This document shows positions 39,591-53,800 of a stretch of DNA of 64,000 nt, one piece after another (the first letter of the stretch is position 1; every line of letters begins with the position of its first letter). The DNA is taken from NCBI GenBank assembly GCA_030141605.1, contig JAQGDQ010000322.1:62001-126000 (forward strand). The letters are read 5' to 3'. The position numbers and the translations under genes are program-made. The notes below the pieces were generated by a model. That model saw only the letters and a list, made by a program, of their open reading frames with translations. It was not told the DNA's origin and did no database searches. The stretch is from Tubiluchus corallicola (lineage: Eukaryota; Animalia; Priapulida).

Positions 39591-41969
39591 GTTTCCTCCA
39601 CACCTGCAACCTCGCTCAATTCCCAGCATATTGCCTGGTAATATTCACACATTATACAATTAATAACTACGCAAAAGTAATGGTAGAATTTTTTTGATTT
39701 CCTAACAAATTTATGAAATGCGTGACAGCCTGAGCATGATATACGTGTGCAAAAACAATGTAACATTTTGATTTATTTCCTAAAACATTTACGAAATAAA
39801 TTAGTCTGACATACGGATGATATATAGCAGTGCAAAAATGATGATAACATCTTTTTTCATTTCTCAAAACATTCAACGAAATGAATCGGTCTGACATCCT
39901 GCTAACATTCGATCCTCTAGTTAAACAATTTGTGGTGTGTTAGCACACCGTTGTTAAACGTTGCCTACCAGTGTTACAAAGGCAATTGCCAAAGGAAGAA
40001 AAAGTGCAATACCCCCCCCCCCCCCCCCCCCCCCCATTGACGGAATTTGCTAACTATCGTCAAATGGCTACCGTAATTTCATTTCTTGTACTTAAAGACA
40101 GGCGGGAGGGCAAAGTTTGGATGACTAAATGCCCTGAATTCAATTACTTTCGCATTTTCGATGCAAACAAATACTGAAACTTGACTTTGTATAAAAATAT
40201 TGGTGTTTTAATTCAGTTAAAGGAAAGCCCAATCTTAAACTGCAGGTCAAAACAATCTACTCTTTAAAATATTGAAAGGAAACAAACTATTCTTTCAAAA
40301 ATGACCTACGTGAAAGAATTATTACCACACAAACACAATTTCGAGTTCGTGCCACTAGTTCTTCGCTGTTACATGCAATTTCGCCATTCGCTAGTTAGAC
40401 AGCTGCGCCTGTATTTCGGAAATGCATTGCACAAAAACAGGTGCTGTACCTTTCAATTTAGATGTGTTAGTTTGTCACGTTCGACCGCTCATGCGTGAGC
40501 ACAGTGGTAAATTTGAAATTTGAATTTTTATCTTAAAACTTGCCGAGTTTTAGTACAACACACTGAATATCGTACAGTAGCACAGTTTTTTTGTAGCACA
40601 GTACATGAAATTTTCACTTTCGCAAACACGAGAAACACGCTCGTGGAATATTTGTGCCTTGAAAATTATGTTAGTTTGTGATATGATCAATAGCTGGGCT
40701 CACCTACCGTTAATTAAGATATTAATCTATTATTTAATTATCAGAAATGCTTTTGCAGTAATAATTGTGTTAAAATGTATCCTGTCTTCCTTTAAATTTT
40801 TCAAGTCACTCTGCTATTGTTGGGGGGATGTCTAGCTTTGTCTTCTGCACCAAGATATAAGAACTCTGTATGCTGTCTTTCTCTAGTTATGCTGATCTCT
40901 ATAGTTTTCCATACAAACTGCTCTCTTCCCTGCTAAATTCAAATGTTTTTAATGTTCCTTCTAAACAGCAAACTACACTAATGCTCACAACACCCACCGC
41001 TGAACGGGCTATCTATCCATGGCCGGCACCACCCCCGGGCCGTTCCCGTTCTTCAGAAATAAGAAGTGTAAGTTTTGGAAAAAATGACCGAAAAATGGCC
41101 ATTTTTGGAGGTTTTTCGCCCCCCCCCCTTCCTCCCGGTGGGCCCGATTCGAAAAATAAACCCCCAATGGCACGACACTAGATCGAGACCTTTCGTTTGA
41201 TGTATAGATCGCCGCAAATGGTGCCGTCGTCCGAGCTGTAGCCTCGAATCTTATATATATACCAGCAGAATTATTACATGTGATTTTGATTTATTTCCAT
41301 GCATGCACAAATCAGTTTCACCACCGACACTAATGCAGTTCCAATATGGGGATCTTTCTACTACCTGGCACAAAAACCCAGACATTTATATTTTGGTTAA
41401 CAAGTTACATGCATCGACAAGTGAAATCTACTATGAATTTCCTTGAAAATAAGTAGTGACGATGTAACCAATCACAAAAATTGAACATTAATAGCTAAGA
41501 TTGTATAAAAATAGCCTCTGGGATGTTTTATTAAAATTACTCTCATACACAGTTCTAGTAAAAAAGTGCAAGGTAAGTGCAGGTACGTTTGAGAACTTGA
41601 GTAAATTTATCACCCTAATTTGCTTTTCTATACAAATAACAAAAGCTTACAGCAAGTCTGCAGATAAACTGACATTTCAAACTACAAAACAAATTTAACA
41701 TGGCAATAAATTGTAACTGTCACTTCTAAAATAACAATCTATAACAACATATGGGTCACCTGGTTTGGTTAACACATGAAGAAACTGGCAGATTTACAAC
41801 TCTTTAATAAATAATGATTATTTAATTGATATGAACGTCTGTCTTATCATCTATTATTTGCAGCAAGTTAAGTCAGTATCATGTCAATATTAAAGGTAGC
41901 CAGCATCATTCTACCATGATATTTACATTAACTCTACTTACAGCTTTACAATAACGTAAATTAGCAGTG

Positions 41970-43100
41970 CTTACTGTTTTACAATCATCAGTGCCGTACG
42001 TTAGCTACGTTTACTGTTTCACAATCATCAGGTGATGTACGTTAGCTACGTTTACTGTTTCACAATCATCAGGTGATGTACATTAACCGTTGTTAAGATT
42101 TTACAATCATCAGTGCCATACGTTAACTGCGTTTACTGTTTCACAATCATCAGGTGATGTACATTAACCGTTGTTAAGATTTTACAATCATCAGTGCCGT
42201 ACGTTAGCTACGTTTACTGTTTCACAATCATCAGGTGATGTACATTAACCGTTGTTAAGATTTTACAATCATCAGTGCCGTACGTTAGCTACGTTTACTG
42301 TTTCACAATCATCAGGTGATGTACATTAACCGTTGTTAAGATTTTACAATCATCAGTGCCGTACGTTAACTGCGTTTACTGTTTCACAATCTTCAGGTGA
42401 TGTACATTAACCGTTGTTAAGATTTTACAATCATCAGTGCCGTACGTTAGCTACGTTTACTGTTTCACAATCATCAGGTGATGTACATTAACCGCTGTTA
42501 AGATTTTACAATCATCAGTGCCGTACGTTAACTGCGTTTACTGTTTCACAATCATGAGGTGATGTACATTAACCGTTGTTAAGATTTTACAATCATCAGT
42601 GCCGTACGTTAACTGCGTTTACTGTTTCACAATCATGAGGTGATGTACATTAACCGTTGTTAAGATTTTACAATCATCAGTGCCGTACGTTAACTGCGTT
42701 TACTGTTTCACAATCATGAGGTGATGTACATTAACCGTTGTTAAGATTTTACAATCATCAGTGCCACACGTTAACTGCGTTTACTGTTTCACAGTCATGA
42801 TGTGATGTACATTAACCGTTGTTAAGATTTTACAATCATCAGTGCCGTACGTTAACTGCGTTTACTGTTTCACAGTCATGATGTGATGTACATTAACCGT
42901 TGTTAAGATTTTACAATCATCAGTGCCGTACGTTAACTGCGTTTACTGTTTCACAATCATCAGGTGATGTACATTAACCGCTGTTAAGATTTTACAATCA
43001 TCAGTGCCGTACGTTAACTGCGTTTACTGTTTCACAATCATGAGGTGATGCACGTTATCAGAACATGCACGTTAAGTGCGATTACTGTTTCACCATCATC
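41970..43100. repeat. 81-bp minisatellite (two ~40-bp subunits, ~13 units) just downstream of the OPLAH stop codon
   Basis: Unit tttacaatcatcagtgccgtacgttagctacgtttactgtttcacaatcatcaggtgatgtacattaaccgttgttaagat. Confidence 0.95.
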
Positions 43101-43149
43101 AGAACATGCACGATAAGAAATATAAAAGCTAAAATAGTATTATGCATTT

Positions 43150-46100
43150 TTAAGCAGATTCTTGCAGTCGCTGGTAATCGTACACGCTGCCCCGCAACTG
43201 GAAAGACCCGCCCTGCAACGTGGAATCACTTGGTGCTTCTGACTGGAAGCCTCCAGTTACGGATCCGAACCCTCCGCCTCCGGGCGTTGCCAATCGGAAA
43301 ATATCCTAGAGACGAGACCATAATACAAAAATTGTAAGAAACTGGATTTAAACAACAGTTACTGAAATTATAATGGCTAAGTTTACATAAATGATACATA
43401 CATTAGGTCCGACCTTTACAGCAGTTTTGCCTCCCAGGTTTATGACCCGTCCGTCCGAATACAGCAAGATATTGGCTCCTCTTTCTCCCGGTTCTCCGCC
43501 TGTTATACAAGTTTATTTAGAACATCAAATTTGTCTGTTAGCTTTAAAGATGTAACATTGATACTAAAATGTTGTGTTTTGTTTCTCTCGGAAGGCTCGT
43601 AGAGAAAACCAGAAAACACTTCGTCAAATTAAACTAGTTTATTAAGCGAGAATTCTACAACACAAAAGTATGAAGGAACACGAAATGTTTACACTAAACG
43701 TGAAAATCTGGAAAACGTTTGAGTGTATCTGAAAATGCAAGTATACAAGAGAATGTGTAAGTGGCGTCCGTGTGAATCAGCGTGTCTCCCCCTCAGCGGC
43801 CTGCTTCGCCTTATATAGCGTGCCCGAGAAGCTTCTAGAAGTTTTCTTCTAGAACATTCTACACGGTAAGACGATTATTCTAACGGAATATTCTACAGTG
43901 TTCTATGTAATTCTAATAGATGCCAGTGATCTCCACAACATAAAACACGACATGACATGATTCACGAGTCAAGAAACAGGAAACCAGCTAGACACAAAAC
44001 TTATCACAAGTGGATATTAATGCTTGTTTTAATTTCTCCAATTAGCTAATATCCTACACTCATATCTCGCTTTGCTGGACAAAAGTGGGGAGAAATCGGT
44101 CCGAATTTGCCTATTGTCCGTATTTACTGATACTAAGCTAATACACTAGGCGCCGTGTATTAGACTCATGGTAATGTAGAATTAATCTCCTAATTGTCCC
44201 AAAAACATCTAGTACAGTGCTTTGGGCTGCTCCTATGCAAGAGTATATCAAAGCTGTCTGCAATTGACTCAAATAACTCCACACAATTGATTCTGTATTT
44301 TTATACATAGAGATCTACACGTGGTTACACTGAAGTAATGATGTAAACAAAGTAACGACCCGCCAGCTAGCGGTCAGCTCGCGAATTAACGGACTGTGTC
44401 CGTGTTATGCGGGACTTTTAACAGACCAGATTTTGTCGGAATTTTCCGATATCCGTAAAACTGACGTCCGGCAAACCGAGATATGACTGTAGTCTATTTT
44501 TCACTACTCATCACTTTTCAATCTCAGAAATAAAGGATCAGCAAAGTTCTGGAAGGAACGAGACGAATCATTACATCGGCTTCTTTGAAAAAGTTCTGAG
44601 ACCATACTTGTTTAATTAATGACCAATTGAATCACAGCTGCAAATGACGACAACATCGAATATTAAAGTAAACGTTCTTTATTCCAAACTAAATGCTGTT
44701 TTTCATGGATCTATTTTAAAGTACTCCCTTCATTAGTCACTCACTTCTTAAAGTATAAAGTTAAATAAATCTTCCAAAGTTCATGATCTATGACTTTCAC
44801 ACATTCACTTCAGTAAACCAACTATCATTTGATTATTTCATATTACTTACAATGAGAAATAAACGAGACATAATTTTTCATTTTTAACAAAACCTGTTAA
44901 TGGTACACTGGCCTCTGTTAAGTTGGTAATACTAGTAGATGCCGATACCAAACAGCATAATGTGGCGACATCTATTGACAAGATACTGTTTCCTGTTACA
45001 TTAAGAAGTTTTATTGTTATAAATAGTGATATTCATCAAATAATTTACTTCAGAGAATTTTACGGCTAAAAAATTACTTGAGTAATTTTGGTCAAGTGTT
45101 ATTGGTCAATAATAAGTCTTGGTCTGAAATGTCCAGCCTTTCACAAACAAAATAGAACCAAAAGTTGACCTTGCAGTGGTCAACATGAGAGAATAAATTC
45201 AGGCACACATTCCAATTTCATTTTCTTTGAATTTGAATTTGATCTGTTTGTCTAAATTCATAACGATTTGAATTCAACTTTGTCGACGGCACTTCTAAGT
45301 CAGATGAAATCAAACATTTCACCGGGTAAAGTAAAAACCAGCAAAATCTTGAAAAAAAACTGAACACATTAAATGCAGACGGTAAAATTCCAGCCAGTGT
45401 GAAGTATTTCTGTAACGAATTACACGTAAAAATTCCACTCTACTGTACAGTAACGATGCCCTACTTAGCGACATGTTTTGCTGAAACACATTAGCATCGT
45501 TTAGTCTCATTTATTACTTACCATACAAGCCATACGGACTAAAAACACGCCGCTCGGTCAGGACCGACAAGGTCAAATCTTTTCTAAACAGCAACTCTCT
45601 AATGACGCCGTCGCCGCCCTTATTAGCACCGTTTCCGCCCGAGCCATGATTCAAACGAAAGCACTGGACTATAACAGGATACCTGCAAAATTAATTAAAG
45701 GCTGTCTATACCAAAATATGTACCTGGCAAAGAAACAGATATTAATATGCTATTTACAAAAGCAAAAAAAAGGTACACTCGTATCTCGGTTTGTCGGACC
45801 TTGCTTTTACGGATGTCGGACAAAATCTCAACCGTTAAAAATTCCCGCATACTATGGACACAGTTCATTGTCTCATGAGCTGACCATTAGATGGCAGGCC
45901 ATCACTTTGTTTACATCATTACATCGGCGTAATGCAACAGTGTTTAACGACACGTGTGCAGCTTGTGATCAGGAGCGATACGTACTAGACGTTTTTGAGA
46001 CAATTAGGTGATTGATTCTACATTATCGTGAGTCTAATATATCAGGAGCGGCCCGTACTAGATGTTTTTGAGACAGTTAGGTGATTGATTTTACATTACC

Positions 46101-47859
46101 GTGAGTCTAATATGTCAGGAGCGGCCGTACTAGGTGTTTTTGAGACAATTAGGCGACTGATTCTACATTACCATGAGTCTAATATGTCAGGAGCGGCCCG
46201 TACTAGGTGTTTTTGAGACAATTAGGCGACTGATTCTACATTACCATGAGTCTAATATGTCAGGAGCGGCCCGTACTAGATGTTTTTGAGACAATTAGGC
46301 GACTGATTCTACATTATCGTGAGTCTAATATGTCAGGAGCGGCCCGTACTAGACGTTTTTGAGACAATTAGGCGACTGATTCTACATTACCGGGAGTCTA
46401 ATATGTCAGGAGCGGCCCGTACTAGACGTTTTTGAGACAATTAGGCGACTGATTCTACATTATCGTGAGTCTAATATGTCAGAAGTGGCCCGTACTAGAC
46501 GTTTTTGAGACAATTAGGTGATTGATTCTACATTATCGTGAGTCTAATATGTCAGGAGCGGCCCGTACTAGACGTTTTTGAGACAATTAGGTGATTGATT
46601 CTACATTATCGTGAGTCTAATATATCAGAAGTGGCCCATACTAGACGTTTTTGAGACAATTAGGTGATTGATTCTACATTATCGTGAGTCTAATATATCA
46701 GGTGGCCCGTACTAGACGTTTTTGAGACAATTAGGTGATTGATTCTACATTATCGTGAGTCTAATATAGCAGAAGTGGCCCGTACTAGATGTTTTTGAGA
46801 CAATTAGGTAATTGATTCTACATTACCGTGAGTCTAATATGTCAGGAGCAGCCCGTACTAGACGTTGTTAAGACAATTAGGTGATTGATTCTACATTACT
46901 GCAAGTCTAATACACGGCACCTACTGTATTAGCTTAGTATCGGTAAACACGGACAATCGGTAAATTCGGACCGACGTCTCCCTGCTTTTGTCTGGCAACT
47001 GAGATATGAGTGTACGTACGTTTCTAATTTATGAAAAAGCGGATGGATCAGAGTTTACAGAATGTCTAATGAAACACAGAAGATGCATAACCCCCCATGA
47101 GACGCTAGATACAGCAAACTCCATTTCTGAACTCGTAGTTACACATGTCCAATTTGTACGATAGAATTTCTGTACAAAAACTTCATGCTTCAACAAATAC
47201 AATATGTGACACTACATATACATTTCTTCAACACATATCATTGTACATAGAATCTAGTAACTATAGTAAATACAATTTTTTTATTATTATTATAATTTGA
47301 ACACCACAACAAAAAGATTAGTAAAGATCCTGACACGTGGACTCATTTTTCAGCTGGTTTTCATTTTAATTTAACTCAAAGTAGAAATTAATTTCTGCAT
47401 ATGAGACAAGATCACGCACCCACCTTCGCTCTAAAATTTCTGGATCAGTAATCCGCGTGTTCGTCATGTGAGTATGAACTCCACCTCTCCCGTGCCACGT
47501 TGGACCCTAAAAACATAAAATCTCAAGGTCAAATGTGAAGGTCAAGCACAATTTCAAACTTGAAGGTCAAGCACAATTTCATATGTGAAGGTCAAGCGCA
47601 ATTCAAACCATTGTGGCGTCAACCAATCGGCAGGCAAATTTGGTCTCCAGGATATGACAGACAAACCTCGTTTTAACACTCCGCCTTATAATATCCAAAC
47701 TCGCTGAACAGCCAAATTTGTGGCAAAATAAAATGTCTGGATTTGCATAGACAAAGGCGTGTGTTAATACCAAATTATAGCACCAAACTTGCTGTAACGC
47801 CAACTTCTTTTGCAGTCACAAAGTAGGTGGTATAAACACGCTTCACTGTATAATCATTT

Positions 47860-47890
<31 letters not shown>

Positions 47891-50800
47891 TAATAATAAT
47901 AATAATAATAATAATCTTTATTTAAAGTCGGTTTGTGGGTCAACAATTAACATTAGCTCAAAGAGCTATTATCGCTGACTGTAAATAACAACCTACAACT
48001 ACATAACAGAGACTATTATCACCCCACTTTTACCCTAAATACCACGCGTCACGCAGGGCATCAGGCAGGTACCATTTTTAAAGTCTTTGGTATGACCCGG
48101 CCGCTGGTTCGAACTCACGACCTCCCAGACGGAAAGCAGACGCATTACCACTAGACTAAACCGTCTGGTCATAATATTAAATAGACCAACCTGAATGAAA
48201 AATGCACCTGTCCAAGCTACCAAGTCACCTTTAATATATCATGTTTTTTTTCAAACGCTTAATACTAGAGGTTGTATTAGTTTGACTTCCCTTTTCATTA
48301 TCATTTGAAAGTCATTCAAATAAAAAGAGGTCTACTCAAAATAAAAAACGACCTTGACTTTCACCTGCCCTACTAAAGTTATCTTGTTTGACTCAATTCA
48401 AATGCGTCTAACATTATAAACTTCCTGGAAGTTTGTTCTGCAAAGTTCTTGGGAGAAATGAGTAAATTTTGAACTGGGCTCTCAGAACTAGCTTTGTTCT
48501 TACCTGTTTGAAAACCTCAGGTTAATTGAATATTCACAGAAATTGAAATTCTTAATACCAACAGCCGAGAAGTTGAAAGTAAAACCCGACCTTGAACTGC
48601 AGGTCAAAACAATCTACGCTATAAAATACTGAAAGCAAACGCACCATTTTTCCAGAATGACTTACGTGAAAGAATTATTACCACAGAATGGAAGTAAACT
48701 GTGCAGCTAATTCTTTGCTATTACATGCATTTCGCCATTCTCTAGCTAGATGGGCACCAGCGTTTGCATCTCAAAAACGCATTGCACAAAAACAGGTGCT
48801 GTACCCCTCAGTTCAGGTGTGTTCACTTGTGACATAGCACACACGTTCAAGAGCATATGCGCGAGCACAGCAGTAAATTTGAAATTTGAACTTTAAATTA
48901 AAAATTTCCAGAGTTTTTGTATGTCACACAGTAGCACTGTACTTTTTTGCTTTTCTAAACACGTGCAACACGCTCACGAAATGTTTGTGCTGCTGAAAAT
49001 TATGTTCAGTTGTGAGGTCATTACTAGTACTCATTACTGATCCACCTCTATTGTAGTGTAAGTGGCATGGTCAATAGAATTCACTGTGTTCATTAAACCA
49101 CCTTGTGATCAGCATTCTGCTAGAGTAATACAAGAAATCTTAGCATTTTTGCTGAAACAAGCAATTAAAATCGTAATGCGGTGCACACTTTCGTGTAGGA
49201 TTTCTTGCTTCGGATGTTGTTCCAGATAGGTGAGATAACTTCAATTAGATAATAAATTGTACCGGAAATTCTGTTTAAGTTTGAGTTGATTTGAGTTATC
49301 AGGGATGAGAATGACAAATTGCAAAAAACTCTCACACAGGCCGAGGGTTATGGTGCAATTTTGTGAACATAGAGAGCCTCTAAGTGGACTTAAAATATCA
49401 GTTAGCTTGTATCATGCATAATTTAAAATACCCAACTATCAAGGATACATGATACTTAATTGTCTCAAAAATGCCTAAGTGCTGGCCGCTCCTGTGCAAA
49501 AGTATATAAAAACTGTCTGCAATTGACTCAAATAACTCCTCACAATTGATTCTATATTTTTATACATAGAGATGTACACGTCGTTACACTAATGTACGTG
49601 ATGTAAACAAAGTGACAGCCTGCCAACTAGCGGTCAGCTTGTGAAATAATGCACTGGATCCGTAAACATTTTCTCAACGAATTCACGCGATTTACAAAAA
49701 TGGCACTACTGGTCTTCCAAAAACTCGGAATTCCGTGTATCCGCGGAAAATTCTCATCCCTGAGTTATGCGATGTTTGAGAAAAATGAGAGGGTAAGTAC
49801 GTTTTACAAGATCTGTTCGAGATACGCAAGAACTCGAGTTAATCATAGTTTAATGTAGTAGCATAACCACCATATTTGTTCACAAGACAGGTGGTAAATA
49901 CGCAACAGAATGAGCTAAAATACTTACTGCACCCGAACCGCCCGATACGGTTTCACAATACGCTAGTTCCTTATCTCCGAATGTGATCACGTTCATACAA
50001 CCCTGAAAATAGCGAAGCCAAGCTTTATTTAAGAGAATATAACGTTAATGGTTACTTACCGCGCCCGAACCTCCGGCTACTGTTTCATAATATCCGGCTT
50101 CTTCGTCTCCAAATGTAATGTTATTCATGCATCCCTGTAAAGAGTTAAGTGAAGCCATGTACGTGAAGCCAGACACAGTGAAGCCATGTGCGTGAAGCCA
50201 TGTACATGAAGCCAGACACTGTGAAGCCATGTACGTGAAGCCAGACGTGCGGATTCACTGAAAACAGGCAGGCAACTTTTTCCATTTTATACCGATGTTT
50301 AAACGAGAGATGAGGGAATGCTTTGACTATTATCAAATTTTGAAATAAAACTTCTGAAAAAGGAAGGAAATGTAAAAATACGGGATCTGAATCAGCAAAA
50401 AATGAATCTAGCACTTTGTTGTTTGACCAACCCATGGAAACAATGTATGGGTTGATGTGCTTATAACTGTCTATAAGAATTGAATTAGGCCTATGATCAT
50501 TATAGAACAGTAGTCCAGTGTTCGTGGCATTTCTAATTCAAAGGTGCACAGTTCAAATCCTGGTACTGCCTCGACTTTTTCACATTTTCTTTTCTCAGAT
50601 GAATTAGATTTCAAAAAATAATTGTTGTACATTTATTCTTGTAATAGAAATCTTGAAATTATCATTAGGATTAATTAACACACACCTGAGAAGCTGCGCA
50701 GATCTTAAAAGCTTTGAATATCACGTCGACAATTCGCTGAGATGTGAGCACGTTTCCACCCACGACCGCTGCCGTCTCCGACGGATCCAATATGCATCCC

Positions 50801-53800
50801 CTCGGAATGAAAACTTGAACCGGAGTGAGGCATCCCTACGGAAAAGAATTACAGATTAAACAATTTTCTATGTAATTGCAAAAGTGAGGCTGCAATAGTT
50901 TCATCAAAAGATGAAAGGAAAGTGTAAACAGTGATATGAAACCGGATGCTTGACAGGCAATGAAAATTAAAATATGTCCAGTAAACCTTAGATCACATGT
51001 GTTTGTTTGTTTATCACAATGCATATGTGTTTGTTTACGTGTTTGTTTGTTTATCGCTATGCACATTATATGTTTGTTTATGTGTTTGTTTGTTTATCGC
51101 TATGCACATTATGTGCTTGTTTGTTTATCACTATGCACATTATGTGCTTGTTTGTTTATCACTATGCACATTATGTGTTTGTTTGTTTATCGCTATGCAC
51201 ATTATGTGTTTGTTTGTTTATCGCTATGCACATTATGTGTTTGTTTGTTTATCGCTATGCACATTGTGTTTGTTTGTTTATCGCTATGCATATTACGTGT
51301 TTGTTTGTTTATCGCTATGCACATTATGTGTTTGTTTGTTTATCGCTATGCACATTATGTGTTTGTTTGTTTATCGCTATGCACATTATGTGTTTGTTTG
51401 TTTATCGCTATGCACATTATGTGTTTGTTTGTTTATCGCTATGCACATTATGTGTTTGTTTGTTTATCGCTATGCACATTATGTGTTTGTTTGTTTATCG
51501 CTATGCACATTATGTGTTTGTTTGTTTATCGCTATGCACATTATGTGTTTGTTTGTTTATCGCTATGCACATTATGTGTTTGTTTGTTTATCGCTATGCA
51601 CATTATGTGTTTGTTTGTTTATCGCTATGCACATTATGTGTTTGTTTGTTTATCGCTATGCACATTATGTGTTTGTTTGTTTATCGCTATGCACATTATG
51701 TGTTTGTTTGTTTATCGCTATGCACATTATGTGTTTGTTTGTTTATCGCTATGCAATTGTGTTTGTTTTTGACATTGTTTGTTTGTTTATCGCTATGCAT
51801 TATGTGTTTGTTTGTTTATCGCTATGCACATTATGTTTGTTTGTTTGTTTATCGCTATGCACATTATGTGTTTGTTTGTTTATCGCTATGCACATTATGT
51901 GTTTGTTTGTTTATCGCTATGCACATTATGTGTTTGTTTGTTTATCGCTATGCACATTATGTGTTTGTTTGTTTATCGCTATGCACATTATGTGTTTGTT
52001 TGTTTATCGCTATGCACATTATGTGTTTGTTTGTTTATCGCTATGCACATTATGTGTTTGTTTGTTTATCACTATGCACATTATGTGTTTGTTTGTTTAT
52101 CGCTATGCACATTATGTGTTTGTTTGTTTATCGTTATGCACATTATGTGTTTGTTTGTTTATTGTTATGCACATTATGTGTTTGTTTGTTTATCGCTATG
52201 CACATTATGTGTTTGTTTGTTTATCACTATGCACATTATGTGTTTGTTTGTTTATTGTTATGCACATTATGTGTTTGTTTACGTGTTTGTTTGTTTATCG
52301 CTATGCACACTGTGTTTGTTTATGTGTTTGTTTGTTTATCGCTATGCAAATTATGTGTTTGTTTGTTTATCGCTATGCACATTATGTGTTTGTTTTTTTA
52401 TGATGAAATAAACATCAGTCGCCTAGATTACACAACTTGCTCAGAATTTATTTTAATCCAAACGTGTAATTCCGTCTGAACATAACTTATGCCAAACGAA
52501 TAACAATAGCCAAAGGTCAAACGGTCAAACGAGGTCATATCATGCACTGATTTGTGTATATACATACTGTACATGGTAAAAAATTGAGCAAAACTTCTTT
52601 TTGTGTTGTTTCCAGAATCTGTTTCAGTTCATTTGCACAAGGATGTAAGTTTTAAAAACTTTATTAAAACTAGGTAAATACGTACGTGATTTGAGTAAAC
52701 TTTTAATCGTAATACTATGCAGGTGCGTATCTTATCACTGCTTGTATGTGTGAAGCAAATTATACGAGTTCGACCACTTTCAGAATTTAATGAAAAAGTT
52801 TCTCTACTCCTGACGTAAACTAAAATTTTCACAAAAAAGAAATTAACTTCTTAGATACAAGTACCTGATTCAATGGAACATCGTGTCCCACCATACAGCG
52901 TAGACAGTATATGATAGCAGATAAAGTGATCGCTCTGGGCGCGTTGCAGTTACCGTAAACTTCATAACCCGTACCCGAGAAATCAAATAACGCTGTACCC
53001 TAGAAAAACAATATTAGGTTTAAAAATGCGCGGACGATAAGCGTTTCACAGTTTTGTTGTAGCTGCTGTAAGTCAAAGGTTAAGTGTACCACAGCAACGC
53101 GTCTTAACTACAACTGTCACGTGACATGTGAGTAAAGCAAAGCCACCTGTTGCATCAGTTCAGCAACTTAACTACAGCCGTCACGTGACACGTGAGTAAA
53201 GCAAAGCCGCCTGTTGCATCAGTTCAGCAACTTCAGTTGTTTTATGTGGACTTGATTTAATCATGCATTAATCTATGTGTACAGTATATAGACAATTTAC
53301 GAATAAATAAAATTCTTTGTCAGCAATCGGTATAAAAACCAATCAATATACTAATGAACAAGTTTTTCAACTGTCCTGCAGCCTGCTGAGTCTCAAGCAC
53401 AAAACTCCATCAACAGCACGGGGTGTTTGTGTTTTAATTATAACTAATTTTACTAATTTGTACCTCTTCCTGGTTTATCCTGATTGTCAATTCTATCTTT
53501 GTGCCATCATCCATGTAGTCTTCTGCGTGTAGACGAGTTGCGCCTGTACGCTCCTTGGTTGCCATGGCAATTTCTTTTAGCATCTCGCGCACAGCTAGCT
53601 CAGCATTGCTCTGCAAGTGTGGGCAAATAAGAAAAACTTGTTACATGTGAAGAAATTTATTGTACAAACCGACAATTAAAGCACAAGACAACACTTTACA
53701 TAAATAAAGCTTTAATATTCCTCTTGAAATTTTACATCAGTTACATGCTATCTTATTGCATACAGAGCTTGACACTCACTTGTATTAGCAGTAACGCTGT

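Noticed and set aside
40012-40035. Poly-C run as a functional G-quadruplex
   Set aside because: Simple homopolymer in intergenic, repeat-derived DNA; length unreliable and no supporting context.
50960-52479. ORFs of 210-490 aa in all three plus frames
   Set aside because: Stop-free 31-bp minisatellite, antisense within an OPLAH intron.
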